A stretch of 64,000 nt of DNA from Planctomycetota bacterium (GCA_029259775.1 JAJDEN010000028.1:1204-65203), one strand, 5' to 3'; shown: positions 16,340 through 26,296, counted from the stretch's first letter. Program-made: numbers and translations. The notes: generated by a model not told the origin, from the sequence alone.

Positions 16340-17272
16340 TCAGGAGCCCCAGTGACCGGAGTCGGGGCGTGTGGCGCGGAGACCAGGGCGGCCGGGTGAG
16401 GCTTGCGCGGGCGGACGTGTGACCGCCGGCGAGGTCGGCTGGCGGACGGGCGCGGTCTCACCGCCGGAGGCGAAGCTCGCGGGTGCAGGACGGCTCGATA
16501 GCACTTTGGGCCGCTTGCCGTACTGCGGGGCCTCACGCGGCGCGAAGCCGGGTCCGGTGTCGATGGCTTCGCCACCGACCTCGGAGCGCTTGAAGCGGCC
16601 CGTGTACTCGGGCGTGTCGTGGGTTGAGCGTGAGCCGACCTTCGCGAGGAAGAACAACGCCAGCAAGCCACCGACGCCGACGAGTCCGAACAGCAGTAGC
16701 TTGTTCACGCCCGGCTCGATCTTGAGCGTGCCGGTCATCGTGCTCCACATCTGGGAGGCGTTGGGGAAAGCCTGATCCGACGTGTCCAACATGACGACGA
16801 CGACGTAGTCGCCCGCGGCGATCGAGAGCACGCGCGCGGTGCGGTCGCCCTCGTAGGCCTCCGTCACCATCGACATCTCGATGGCGTGGTACGTGCCGAC
16901 TTTCGTGGCCTGGATCGTCATGCCCTCCGGCATGCGCGACTTCAGCTTCTCGATCTGGTTCATGCCCAGTTCTTCAACGCTCGTGATGGAGCGGGTCAGG
17001 TTGATGCGCGCCAGCATGACCATGCCGTCGGGGCGCATGTCATTGCCGATGGTGTAGGCCTTGATCTCCGGCATGCCGTCGATGGGCAGGTTGCCGAAGC
17101 GTGAGGTCACCTTCATGTTGCCGGCGTTCTCGATGCTCAGCATCTCCTTGAAGCCGTCGGGAAGGCGCACCTCGTAGCCGTCGCCTTCGATCTTCTCGCC
17201 AGCCAGGGCCGGCGTGGCGATCACGAGGGAGAGGGCGAAGCACAACAGGGCAGATAGGCAGATACGCGGCAC
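16340..17272 (-). CDS. Hypothetical secreted protein with a C-terminal TM anchor
   Basis: ORF 16340..17272. It has a signal peptide MPRICLSALLCFALSLVIATPALA, an ordinary-composition globular part and a TM helix LLLFGLVGVGGLLALFFLA. Confidence 0.65.
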   Translation of the reverse strand: MPRICLSALLCFALSLVIATPALAGEKIEGDGYEVRLPDGFKEMLSIENAGNMKVTSRFGNLPIDGMPEIKAYTIGNDMRPDGMVMLARINLTRSITSVEELGMNQIEKLKSRMPEGMTIQATKVGTYHAIEMSMVTEAYEGDRTARVLSIAAGDYVVVVMLDTSDQAFPNASQMWSTMTGTLKIEPGVNKLLLFGLVGVGGLLALFFLAKVGSRSTHDTPEYTGRFKRSEVGGEAIDTGPGFAPREAPQYGKRPKVLSSRPAPASFASGGETAPVRQPTSPAVTRPPAQASPGRPGLRATRPDSGHWGS

Positions 17273-17369
17273 GGGACCCCTCCGGCGGGAGCAAGGGACG
17301 GAACATCCGGGACCGCTATCGGCGTGGCGCAGCGCGGAGCCGCAGTCTCAAGATGAGACGCTGCTTGCC

Positions 17370-17406
17370 GGGCCCCGCGTCCAACCCCTGCCACAGCGCG
17401 GGGCCC
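17370..17406 (-). terminator. GC-rich hairpin downstream of the DinB-like gene
   Basis: 10-bp stem gggccccgcg / cgcggggccc with a 17-nt loop. There is no clear U-tract. Confidence 0.3.
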
Positions 17407-17429
17407 AGGGAATGCGCGCGGCAGCGGTC

Positions 17430-18002
17430 CTAGGAAGCGTCGCCAATCGGCGCGGCCGGGTCGGCCAGGGGCTCGCCGGCGCAGCGGTGGCGGTCCACGT
17501 CATCGATGATCGTCAGGTGGTGCTCGGTGTGGACGCGCGCGAAGCGCCACCACTGCGCCGCGCTCATCGGGCCGAGGAGGGGATGGTCGATCACGCCCGG
17601 GACCTGCTTGAGCGTCCCTGCGGTCGGCGCGAGGGCGGCGAAGCGCTCGCACGCCGCGGCGTGGCTGTCGCGCATGGCCGCCCGGCTCGGGATGTCGTCG
17701 GGCACGGCGAACTCCGGCGACTGCGCCTTGCCGCGCGGGATCCAACCGGCGAGGAGCAACGCGCGGCCCTGCAGGCTCAGGCGTCCCTTGGGCTTGATCG
17801 CCTCGCCGGTACCCGACCGCAGATCGGACGCGCCCGCGAGGACCCTCCGCAGCGCGATGAGCGCGTGCTCGACGTGCTGGGCGGGCGACCACCCGGAGAC
17901 GGCTTCCGCGCGTGCGTAGAGACGTTCCTCGGGCCAACCAAGCATCTCCTCGATGCGGTTGAGCGCCGTGTGCAGGGCGCGGGTGTCGCTCTCGAGTCCC
18001 AT
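17430..18002 (-). CDS. DinB-like / DUF1569 four-helix-bundle family protein
   Basis: ORF 17430..18002. Histidines are spaced as in the DinB superfamily ('QHVEHAL', 'HTEHHL'), and the ~190 aa size fits. Confidence 0.6.
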   Translation of the reverse strand: MGLESDTRALHTALNRIEEMLGWPEERLYARAEAVSGWSPAQHVEHALIALRRVLAGASDLRSGTGEAIKPKGRLSLQGRALLLAGWIPRGKAQSPEFAVPDDIPSRAAMRDSHAAACERFAALAPTAGTLKQVPGVIDHPLLGPMSAAQWWRFARVHTEHHLTIIDDVDRHRCAGEPLADPAAPIGDAS

Positions 18003-18140
18003 GACGACATGGTACGGAGATGGAGAGCCTGCGAGAAATCACGCGCTGGCGTGGCGCCCTGGGCGGGGGGCACCAGGACGATCGCGTACAGCGCTTGCGC
18101 CGAGAAGGAGATGCCCGCACCCTCCCGGGCAGGAGGATCC

Positions 18141-18749
18141 ATGTCGAAGCGAGCACCGGCAGAAAACCCGATTCACGACCTCATCGCCGATCGTTGGAGC
18201 CCGAGCGTCTTCTCGGCGGAGGCCATCGCGCCCAAGGACGTGCGTTCCTTGCTCGAGGCCGCCCGCTGGGCGCCCTCCAGCTTCAACGAGCAGCCGTGGC
18301 GATTCGTGGTCGGCGTGCGTGACGACGACGGCGCGTGGCAGGGCATCCTCGACTGCTTGGTCGACGCGAACCAGACCTGGGCCAGGCATGCGCCCGTCCT
18401 GATGCTCAGCATCGCGCGTACAAGCTTCAAGCTCAACGACAAGCCCAACCGGCATGCGCTCTACGACGTAGGGCAAGCCACGGCCCACCTCGCCATCCAG
18501 GCCACGGCCCTGGGCCTCTGTGTGCATCAGATGGCCGGGTTCAGCGTCGACGCTGCCCGCGGGCGCTTCGCTGTGCCAGAGGGGCACGAGCCGGTTGCCT
18601 GCATGGCGATCGGTCGTCTGGGCGACCCCGGAAGTGCAGATGCGGACCTCGTCCGCCGCGATGGCGCTCCACGCGCGCGCCTCGGCATCGACGAGTTCGC
18701 TTCGGGCTCGGTCTGGGGCGAGTTCCCGGACATCCTGCGCGACGGATAG
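18141..18749 (+). CDS. Nitroreductase family protein
   Basis: ATG at 18141 inside ORF 17214..18749, preceded by an aggagg RBS at 18131-18136. 'RWSPSVFS', 'ARWAPSSFNEQPWRF' and 'DVGQATAHLAIQA' are typical of the nitroreductase fold. Confidence 0.9.
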   Translation: MSKRAPAENPIHDLIADRWSPSVFSAEAIAPKDVRSLLEAARWAPSSFNEQPWRFVVGVRDDDGAWQGILDCLVDANQTWARHAPVLMLSIARTSFKLNDKPNRHALYDVGQATAHLAIQATALGLCVHQMAGFSVDAARGRFAVPEGHEPVACMAIGRLGDPGSADADLVRRDGAPRARLGIDEFASGSVWGEFPDILRDG

Positions 18750-18761
18750 CCGCGCGTCGGG

Positions 18762-19859
18762 CTACTTGGCGAGCGCCTTCAGCAACTGTTCGAGCGTGCC
18801 TGCGGCGCTGCCCGCAGGCAGTCCCTTGAAGTCGCGCTTCGTCGCAGCTGCGACCTTCAGGGCACCCTTGAGGTCGCCCGCCTGCTGCAGACCCGCGGCT
18901 TCCTCGAGACGGGCGCTGCCGATGGCGTCCAACGCCTCGATCAGCTTCTTGGAGGCGCTGCGCAGGCCGTGCTTCGTCTCGGCTTCGCGATCCTTCAGCG
19001 CGAACTTCACGGCGTCCTTGTGCTTGTCCCGGGCCTGCGCCTCACGGGCCTTGGCGAGCAGCGCATCGACCTGATCGCCCGCCTTGAAGACCTTCTTGTT
19101 CTTGGTGACGAAGTCACCGAACCACGTCGCCGCGAGGTCGGGGCGGCTCTTGTGCCCCATGGCCGGTACTTCTTGTTGCCGGATGTTCTCGTAGCGAGCC
19201 TTCTTGAGGGCTTCCAGCGCTTGGTAGGCCTGGCCCGTTCCGTGCGGTTCGCCAATGATCAACACATGGTCGCGCTCGCCCCAGAACACGTAGATCTGGA
19301 GCAGCTTGCGGCCGGCTTCCTGCAGTTTCTCGTCGGACGGCATGTGCTGCGGTGCCCAGTTGCCGCCCCGCGTGCAGATGTGCGTGAAGATGTCCGGGTG
19401 GCGCAAGCCCGAGTGGTAGCTGGGGTTCCCGCCTCCGGAGAAGCCGGTCACCATCACCGCGCGCCGATTGACGCGGAAGGACCGCGACACCGTGTCGATG
19501 ATCTCGAGCAGGACCTGATCGTCCTCCTCACTCGCGGGCAGGTTCGACTTCTTCGGGCGGTTGTGTGTCGCCGTGACCATGTCGGGGCAGGCGACGATGA
19601 AGCCGTGCTTGTTGGCGAGTCCCTGCCAGGCACCCATCTCACCCTTGCCGCTTCCGCCGCGCCCGTGGCTCGAGATGACGAGCGGCCACGACGACTTCTT
19701 CGAGTACTTGGACGGCACGAACAGCGACCACGCACGGTCGTGGGTCTTCGTCTTGAGCGCATGCACCTTGCCGGGCTTGAGCGGGGCGTCCTTGGCGTGG
19801 GCCGGGACACCGAGGCCGACGAGCAGGCCCGGGATCAGGGTGAGGAGCAGAATGCGCAC
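18762..19859 (-). CDS. Secreted alpha/beta-hydrolase (esterase / PHB-depolymerase-like) with a K/A-rich helical C-terminal extension
   Basis: ORF 18762..19859. It has a signal peptide, a nucleophile elbow 'GFSGGG' and 'LVISSHGRGGSG'. Confidence 0.78.
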   Translation of the reverse strand: MRILLLTLIPGLLVGLGVPAHAKDAPLKPGKVHALKTKTHDRAWSLFVPSKYSKKSSWPLVISSHGRGGSGKGEMGAWQGLANKHGFIVACPDMVTATHNRPKKSNLPASEEDDQVLLEIIDTVSRSFRVNRRAVMVTGFSGGGNPSYHSGLRHPDIFTHICTRGGNWAPQHMPSDEKLQEAGRKLLQIYVFWGERDHVLIIGEPHGTGQAYQALEALKKARYENIRQQEVPAMGHKSRPDLAATWFGDFVTKNKKVFKAGDQVDALLAKAREAQARDKHKDAVKFALKDREAETKHGLRSASKKLIEALDAIGSARLEEAAGLQQAGDLKGALKVAAATKRDFKGLPAGSAAGTLEQLLKALAK

Positions 19860-19940
19860 GACGGGCCTCCGCCGCTGATCCTACCGAACACGCCTTCCAG
19901 CCCGCGAGACCGCAGTTCGTGGGGCCCGCGGATTCGGCCC

Positions 19941-19968
19941 TTGACCTGTCGCCATATTCCGTTAGTGT
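19941..19968 (+). promoter_or_regulatory. Candidate sigma70-type promoter for the radical SAM gene
   Basis: TTGACC (19941-19946), a 16-nt spacer, then TAGTGT (19963-19968), in a locally lower-GC divergent intergenic region. Confidence 0.3.
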
Positions 19969-20089
19969 GTTGTTCGTCGGCGTGTGGCACCCCCCGCACA
20001 TGGCCAGGTGTGCCCTGCCCGGCCCGATAGTCCGCCAGATGTGACCGCGACCCGCTCCGAGTGTCTGTTGTTCGAGATTCACCAATCCG

Positions 20090-21376
20090 ATGTCACTGCA
20101 CCGAATCCACATGCCGCCGCCGACACGCCCCCTTGTTCCTCCTACGACCCGGCCCTCTGGGCCGCGGAGCCGCGCCCCGACGGACCACTCACCCCGAAGT
20201 GAGTCGTCCACGCCCCTTGGACCAACCCTCGGCCCCAAGGAAGCGCCCAAGGGGCGCGGCTCCACCCTTCGGACGGCGTTCGGCCGTCCGCGCAACCGGT
20301 TCGACATGCGGCACTTCGAACCTGCCGCGCCTTCAGCTGCCGAGCAGGTGGGTGGGCTGGATCTCGAAGACGTCCGGCCGGGCGGGTTCCCGTGGGGCGG
20401 GGTGCCCACGACCTACATGCCGGACGCCTCGCGCGGCATCCTGGCGACGAACGACAGCCCCGACATCCCATTCAAGACGTCGCTCAATCCCTACCGGGGA
20501 TGCGAGCACGGCTGTGTCTACTGCTACGCGCGGCCGACGCACGAGTTTCTCGGCATGTCAGCAGGCCTCGACTCAGCAGGCCTTGACTCAGCAGGCCTCG
20601 ACTTCGAGAGCCGCATCCTCGTGAAGTACGAAGCGCCCGAACTGCTACGCGCCGAGCTTGCACGCAAGCACTGGCGACCGCAGCCCATCGCGATCGGTGT
20701 GTCCTCACGAGGGTGCGTCACCGATCCCTACCAGCCGATCGAGCGCAAGCTGGGCATCACGCGGCGCTGCCTGCAGGTCTTGGCTGAGTTCCGCAACCCG
20801 GTCAGCGTCATCACGAGGAGCCACCTGGTCACGCGCGACGTCGACGTGCTGCGTGAGTTGGCCGAGCATCGCGCCGTGAGCGTGGCCGTGTCCGTGACCA
20901 CGCTGAGCGCCGGCCTGGCTCGCACGCTTGAGCCGCGCGCATCAAGGCCAGCACACCGCCTGCATACCATCCATGCCCTGGCGGAAGCAGGCATCCCCGT
21001 CGGGGTGATGGTGGCGCCGGTCATCCCTGGTCTCACCGACGAGGAGATGCCCGCGATCTTGCAAGCCGCCGCGAAGGCAGGCGCTTCGTTCGCCGGCCAC
21101 GTGGTGCTGCGTCTGCCCTGCGCCGGCAAGACGCGCCGCTGGGAGCGCGGTTTCTCCGATTGGCTCGACGTCCACATGCCCGATCGCAAGGAGAAGGTGC
21201 TCCTGCGTCTCAAGTCGCTGCGGTCTAGAGGAGGGGCCTACGCGAAGCAGATCGCCGACCTGTTCAAGCTCGGGCGTTGGCGCGCCGGCATCCCCGAGCG
21301 TGGACCCGCTCTCGCCACAAGGCACTTCCGGGTCCCCACTGTCCTCCGTGACGGGGGGCAGCTTTCCTTCTTCTAG
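20090..21376 (+). CDS. Radical SAM protein, PA0069 / SplB-like family
   Basis: ORF 20090..21376. 'KGRGS...PRNRF' is the family's N-terminal motif and 'CEHGCVYCYAR' is the CxxxCxxC cluster. The start (20090 or 20111) is uncertain. Confidence 0.85.
   Translation: MSLHRIHMPPPTRPLVPPTTRPSGPRSRAPTDHSPRSESSTPLGPTLGPKEAPKGRGSTLRTAFGRPRNRFDMRHFEPAAPSAAEQVGGLDLEDVRPGGFPWGGVPTTYMPDASRGILATNDSPDIPFKTSLNPYRGCEHGCVYCYARPTHEFLGMSAGLDSAGLDSAGLDFESRILVKYEAPELLRAELARKHWRPQPIAIGVSSRGCVTDPYQPIERKLGITRRCLQVLAEFRNPVSVITRSHLVTRDVDVLRELAEHRAVSVAVSVTTLSAGLARTLEPRASRPAHRLHTIHALAEAGIPVGVMVAPVIPGLTDEEMPAILQAAAKAGASFAGHVVLRLPCAGKTRRWERGFSDWLDVHMPDRKEKVLLRLKSLRSRGGAYAKQIADLFKLGRWRAGIPERGPALATRHFRVPTVLRDGGQLSFF
20558..20602 (+). 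repeat. In-frame 15-bp x 3 tandem repeat (SAGLD x3) inside the radical SAM gene
   Basis: tcagcaggcctcgac / tcagcaggccttgac / tcagcaggcctcgac. Confidence 0.9.
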
Positions 21377-21394
21377 AGGAGCGCCGTCCCGCCT

Positions 21395-23809
21395 CTAGAG
21401 CAGCGCCATGAGCGCCACGGCAAGCAGGCCCGACGCGAAGCCCGTGACCAGGTTCACCGCGTCGTTGTCGAGCCAGCGCCAGCCGCTTACGCGCTCCGGC
21501 AGCGCGCCGTCGATGACGCTCCGCTCCGTGATCGCGCCCGACGCCGCGTCGCGCCCGCGAAACTGGAGCCAGCCTCCGAGGATGCTATCGAACAGCGCGC
21601 CGGCCACGCCGGCTGCGCACATCAACCCGGTCCACGTGAGCGACAGGTCGGACGTGTCCGTGAACGCCGCCATGAACGCGGCGGGGGCGAGGGCAGCACC
21701 GACGAGCGCGGCACCGAGGCCCGCGAGCGTGACGCCGCCACTCTCGCCCGACCGCACGGGTCCGCGTCCCGCGAGGCGGAAGGGCGTGCCCCCGTAGCGC
21801 ACGCCGATCTCCGTGGCGCACGAGTCGCCGCCCAGGCACGCGAGGGCGCCCACGAACACGGGCACGCCGAGATCGGGCCGCCCCGAGATGGTCAGCAGGC
21901 AGCCGAGGAACGCCGGGACCCCGTTGCAGAGCACCTGACGGAGGTCGCGCGCCGAGGCGCGCTCCTCCCCCGGCAGCTTGCCGAGCAGCGTCGCGACGAG
22001 GAAAGGCGCGAACAGCCCGGCCAGGCCGCTCCAGCGGAAGCTCAGGAATGCCACCGCGCCGAGGGCCACAGCCGCGGCGGCACCGCTCGCCTCCAGCCAA
22101 GCCAGCCGGACGCAGAGCAGCGCGAACACGGCGAGCCCAGCGATCACGCAGCTCAGCGTAACCAGGTCGGGCGGCACGAACTCGGCGAGCAGCGGGGCGG
22201 TCGGCACGTGGGGCGCATCGTACTCCGTAGGACGCCCGTTCCACGCTTCGCGTGCTTCGCTGAGCGGGGCGATGCCGCCGTCGACGAGCAACAAGGCCGG
22301 CAGCAGGATGAGGGCTGCCAACGCGACGGCGCCCGTGCGTCCGCGTGCGCGCGATGCCACGCCGAAGGCTGCCGCGTAGAGGCACCACCACACGGGACAG
22401 GGGTCGGCGGTGTTGCGCGCGTCCAAGCCCACGTCGCCCACACCCTCCAAGACGTATCTGAGCAGCGCCGCGGCGTGCTCGAAGGCCCACGCCGAAGCGC
22501 GGCTGAGCACTTCGACGCTCCCGCCCAGGAGCAGCAGCGCACCGGCTCCGAGCAGCACCGCCGTGAGCGGCAGGGAGAGCAGCGAGACAACCGGGCCCGC
22601 GAGACACAGCCGGCCCATGTACTCCGCCACGAAAGGGGCCGTGCCGAGCCACGCCGCACACGAGACGGCGAGCGCCGTGCGCACGGGTGCCTTCCGCGGA
22701 GGCAGGAACCCCGGAATGACGGGGCGGGGGCGCACCAGTCGCTCGCGCAACGGACGAGCCAGCAGGAGGATCGATGCGACCGCCGCGAACGAGAGCTGGA
22801 ACGAGACCTCGCTGATCGAGCCCGGCCGTAGCGTCAGCACCAGGACGGCGACCAGCGCCAAGACCGCCGCGCCACGCGGCTCACGACCCAGGCAGCGCGC
22901 CAGGCACCACGCGCTTAGGCCCAAGCCTGCGCGCACTGCGCTCGGCTGGGACCCCGCCAGCGGCACGTAGACGGCCGCCGCCACGATGCCCGCGATCCAG
23001 ACGACCCGTGGGGGCACACCGAAGCGCCGAAGCAGCAACAGCAGGGTCCCGAGGATCAACCCCACGTGCAGGCCCGACACGGCGAGCAGATGCGCCTGCC
23101 CGGTGCGGCGAAAGAGCATCCGATCGCGTCGGTCCAGCCGGCTGCGGTCTCCGAGCAGCAACGCACGGGCCAGGCCCGCGTCCCGTCGATCCAGCGAAGA
23201 CGAGAGGTGCTCCGCCGCATGGAGCCGGGCGCCGCGCACGGCCAGCGCCGCTTGGCTCGCGGGCTGCGTTACCACCAGCGCTTGCCGGTCATGCACGGAC
23301 GCGGTCATGCGCCGATGGCGGACGGTCACGCGCGCCGTCAGGCGAACATGCGCTCCGCGTGCGAGCCCGGGCGGCGGTCCGCGCCACGAGAGGCGCATGC
23401 GCACCTCGATCTCGGCCGCCCTCGCGTACGGCCGGCCCGAGAGACGCTCGACGCGCAGCGTAAACCGAAGACTGCGACGGAAGGGCAGGACGACCTTGGT
23501 GACGACGCCGTCCATGACATGGACGTAGGGCAGGCCGGCCGGCGTGAGCTCGGGTGGGGGCCTGGGCCTCGCTTGGATGCCCAGGACGAGGCCGAGCAGC
23601 AACGCGAGCACTGTCGGGCGCCACGCAGGCCGGCCAGCCATCAGGATCAGCAGCGCGGGGGCGCTGGCGGACAGGAGCGCGGTGCCGAGGGCGTGGAAGC
23701 CCAGGGCGCTGCCCAGCGCCAGCGCGCAGGCGATCGGGGCCAGCGGAGGGCGGCCGGCGTGGGAAGCGGGGGGCACACCGTCCCTCGCGCCCCGCGCGTC
23801 GGGGGTCAC
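21395..23809 (-). CDS. ComEC/Rec2-like channel domain fused to a DUF92 (TMEM19/VTE6-like) integral membrane domain
   Basis: ORF 21395..23809 (804 aa, GTG start). The ComEC core shows 'TGQAHLLAVSGLHVG'. The C-terminal ~260 aa carry DUF92 motifs 'RQVLCNG', 'GGDSCATEIG', 'GESGGVTLAGLGAALVGA', 'LFDSILGGWLQ' and 'DNDAVNL'. Confidence 0.8.
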   Translation of the reverse strand: MTPDARGARDGVPPASHAGRPPLAPIACALALGSALGFHALGTALLSASAPALLILMAGRPAWRPTVLALLLGLVLGIQARPRPPPELTPAGLPYVHVMDGVVTKVVLPFRRSLRFTLRVERLSGRPYARAAEIEVRMRLSWRGPPPGLARGAHVRLTARVTVRHRRMTASVHDRQALVVTQPASQAALAVRGARLHAAEHLSSSLDRRDAGLARALLLGDRSRLDRRDRMLFRRTGQAHLLAVSGLHVGLILGTLLLLLRRFGVPPRVVWIAGIVAAAVYVPLAGSQPSAVRAGLGLSAWCLARCLGREPRGAAVLALVAVLVLTLRPGSISEVSFQLSFAAVASILLLARPLRERLVRPRPVIPGFLPPRKAPVRTALAVSCAAWLGTAPFVAEYMGRLCLAGPVVSLLSLPLTAVLLGAGALLLLGGSVEVLSRASAWAFEHAAALLRYVLEGVGDVGLDARNTADPCPVWWCLYAAAFGVASRARGRTGAVALAALILLPALLLVDGGIAPLSEAREAWNGRPTEYDAPHVPTAPLLAEFVPPDLVTLSCVIAGLAVFALLCVRLAWLEASGAAAAVALGAVAFLSFRWSGLAGLFAPFLVATLLGKLPGEERASARDLRQVLCNGVPAFLGCLLTISGRPDLGVPVFVGALACLGGDSCATEIGVRYGGTPFRLAGRGPVRSGESGGVTLAGLGAALVGAALAPAAFMAAFTDTSDLSLTWTGLMCAAGVAGALFDSILGGWLQFRGRDAASGAITERSVIDGALPERVSGWRWLDNDAVNLVTGFASGLLAVALMALL

Positions 23810-23862
23810 ACCACATGCTTCCGGTGGGATCCGGGGCCGTCGCCGTATCCTCTGCGGACCGC

Positions 23863-24876
23863 ATGACGAAGAAGCCGTACCAGATCGGAGCCGACGTGAT
23901 CGCCGGGGAGCGCGACGCGCTCTCGGGCCTGCTCGAGCGCATGCCCCAGATGGCCGAGGCCTTCGATCGCGCCGTCGAGCTCATGCTCGGCTGCCAGGGA
24001 CGCGTCATCATCTGCGGGATGGGCAAGTCCGGGCAGATCGGGCGCAAGCTCACGAGCACGCTCATCTCGACGGGTACGCCGGCGTCGTTCCTGCATCCAG
24101 CGGAAGGCTTCCACGGCGACGTGGGCCTGGTCACATCGCGTGACGTCGTCCTCGCGATCAGCAACAGCGGCAGCACACGCGAGGTCATCGAGCTGGTCCC
24201 CGTGATGCGCAATCTGGGTGCGAAGATCATCGCCCTGACCGGCGGGGACCAAAGCCCGCTGGCCAAGGCCTCCGAAGTGGTGCTCTGCTGGGGTGAGATC
24301 CGCGAGGCCGATCCGACGGGCCTCGTGCCTACGGTGTCTGCCGCGCTCACGCTTGCTCTCGGCGACGCGCTCACGGTCGCGCTCATGCAGCAGCGCGGCT
24401 TCGGTATGGGCGACTACCGCCTGTTCCATCCCAGCGGAGCGATCGGCACCAAGCTCACGATGCGCATCGTCGATCTGCTCCGCGGTGCGCACACCAACCC
24501 GGTCGTCGCCGAGACGGCGACCTTCGCCGAGGCACTCGAGCAAGTCACGAGCAACACACTCGGCGGCACCAGCGTCGTCGACGACGCGGGCGCGCTCACG
24601 GGGATCCTGACCGACGGCGACGTACGCCGCTGCATGCAGCAGGCGAGCGGATCGGTCTCGGACCTGCTCGCGCGTCCGGTCAGCGAGCTCATGACCCGCG
24701 GTCCGACGTCCGTGAACATCTCGGTCTTGGCGCTCGATGCATTGCGGACGATGGAAGGCCACGAACCGAGTCCGATCTTCCTCCTGCCCGTGATCGACGA
24801 CGACGGACGTCCTGTGGGCATGGTCCATCTCCACACGCTGGTGCAGGCCGGCCTCGCATCGGACCGCAATCGCTAG
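23863..24876 (+). CDS. kdsD: KpsF/GutQ-family arabinose-5-phosphate isomerase (SIS plus tandem CBS domains)
   Basis: ATG at 23863 in ORF 23554..24876. It has 'GRVIICGMGKSGQIGRK', 'AISNSGSTREV' and a CBS pair at the C-terminus. Confidence 0.9.
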   Translation: MTKKPYQIGADVIAGERDALSGLLERMPQMAEAFDRAVELMLGCQGRVIICGMGKSGQIGRKLTSTLISTGTPASFLHPAEGFHGDVGLVTSRDVVLAISNSGSTREVIELVPVMRNLGAKIIALTGGDQSPLAKASEVVLCWGEIREADPTGLVPTVSAALTLALGDALTVALMQQRGFGMGDYRLFHPSGAIGTKLTMRIVDLLRGAHTNPVVAETATFAEALEQVTSNTLGGTSVVDDAGALTGILTDGDVRRCMQQASGSVSDLLARPVSELMTRGPTSVNISVLALDALRTMEGHEPSPIFLLPVIDDDGRPVGMVHLHTLVQAGLASDRNR

Positions 24877-24889
24877 GGAGCGCCCCCAG

Positions 24890-26296
24890 ATGCAGCTCAA
24901 GCCCACCCTGTTCCGCGAGTACGACGTGCGCGGTCGCGTGCCCGAGGTGTTTGACGACGCGACGGACGAACTCTCCGACGACAACATGCGGCTGATCGGG
25001 CGCGGGTTCGGCACGATGGCGAAAGAGCGCGGGCTCGACCGCGTCGTCATCTGCCATGACTTGAGGCACTACAGCCCGCGGCTGCGCGACCGCTTTGCCG
25101 AGGGCCTGGTCGCGAGCGGGATGCACGTCGTCGACATCGGCTGCGGCCTCTCCCCGACCCTCTACTTCGCCCAGATCCACCTGGACAGCCCCGCGGGCGT
25201 GATGATCACGGCCAGCCACAACCCTCAGGGCTGGAGCGGTCTCAAGATGTCGCTCAACTACGTGCAGACGCTGCTCAAACCCGAGATCGACCGTCTGCAC
25301 GAGATCTGCCGTGGGGGGGCGTTCGCCGCGGGCGAGGGGCGCATCGAGCAAACGGACGTTCGCCAGGCCTACCTCGACGACATGGTCGCCCGCGTCGACA
25401 TCCAGCGTCCGCTCAAGATCGTGCTCGACCCGGGCAACGGCACGGCCGCGCTCTTCTGCGTCGAGGCCTTCGAGCGCGCCGGCATCGACGTCGTGGCGCT
25501 CTTCTGCGAACCCGACGCCGACTTCCCGAACCACTTCCCCAATCCGAGCGAGCTCTCCGCCCGCGAGGCGATCCGCGCGAAGGTCATCGAGACCGGCGCG
25601 GACCTGGGCTTCTCGTTCGACGGCGACGGCGATCGACTCGGCGTGCAGGATCACGCCGGCAACGATGTGAACGCCGACCGCGTGCTCATGCTCCTCGCGC
25701 GGCCCGTGCTCGCGCGCAACCCCGGCGCGCCTGTCGTGTTCGACGTCAAGTGCACGCAGGCCCTCGCCGAGGACATCCTCGCGCACGGCGGCACGCCCGT
25801 GATGTGGAAGACGGGCCACTCCTACATCAAGACGAAGATGGTCGAGGTGGACGCCCCGATCGCGGGTGAGCGCAGCGGCCACCTCTTCATTCGCGACGGC
25901 TTCCATGGCTACGACGACGGCCTCTACGCCGGCCTTCGACTGGCGGAGTACGTGGCCGCGGAGGGCCGCCCGCTCGCCGATCTCCTCGCCGAGGCCCCCC
26001 GCTACGTGACGAGCCCCGAGATCCACATCGAGTGCGCCGACGAGGTGAAGTACGAGGTCATGGAGCGCGTCGTCGCCGAGTTCCAGGACGCCTTCGGCGA
26101 CCGCGTCAACGACATCAACGGCGCGCGGGTCACGTTCGAGGACGGCTGGGGTCTCGTGCGGCCGTCGTCGAACCTGCCGGAGCTCGTCCTCGTGTTCGAG
26201 GGGCAGACGCAGGAGGCGATGGACGCCATCAAGGAGCGCTTCCGCGAGCGGCTGCGCGCGTACCCGGAGATCGGGACGACGTGGCACAACGAGTAG
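24890..26296 (+). CDS. Phosphomannomutase/phosphoglucomutase
   Basis: ORF 24890..26296. It has the active-site loop 'TASHNP', the Mg site 'FDGDGDR' and the sugar loop 'GERSGH'. Confidence 0.92.
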   Translation: MQLKPTLFREYDVRGRVPEVFDDATDELSDDNMRLIGRGFGTMAKERGLDRVVICHDLRHYSPRLRDRFAEGLVASGMHVVDIGCGLSPTLYFAQIHLDSPAGVMITASHNPQGWSGLKMSLNYVQTLLKPEIDRLHEICRGGAFAAGEGRIEQTDVRQAYLDDMVARVDIQRPLKIVLDPGNGTAALFCVEAFERAGIDVVALFCEPDADFPNHFPNPSELSAREAIRAKVIETGADLGFSFDGDGDRLGVQDHAGNDVNADRVLMLLARPVLARNPGAPVVFDVKCTQALAEDILAHGGTPVMWKTGHSYIKTKMVEVDAPIAGERSGHLFIRDGFHGYDDGLYAGLRLAEYVAAEGRPLADLLAEAPRYVTSPEIHIECADEVKYEVMERVVAEFQDAFGDRVNDINGARVTFEDGWGLVRPSSNLPELVLVFEGQTQEAMDAIKERFRERLRAYPEIGTTWHNE

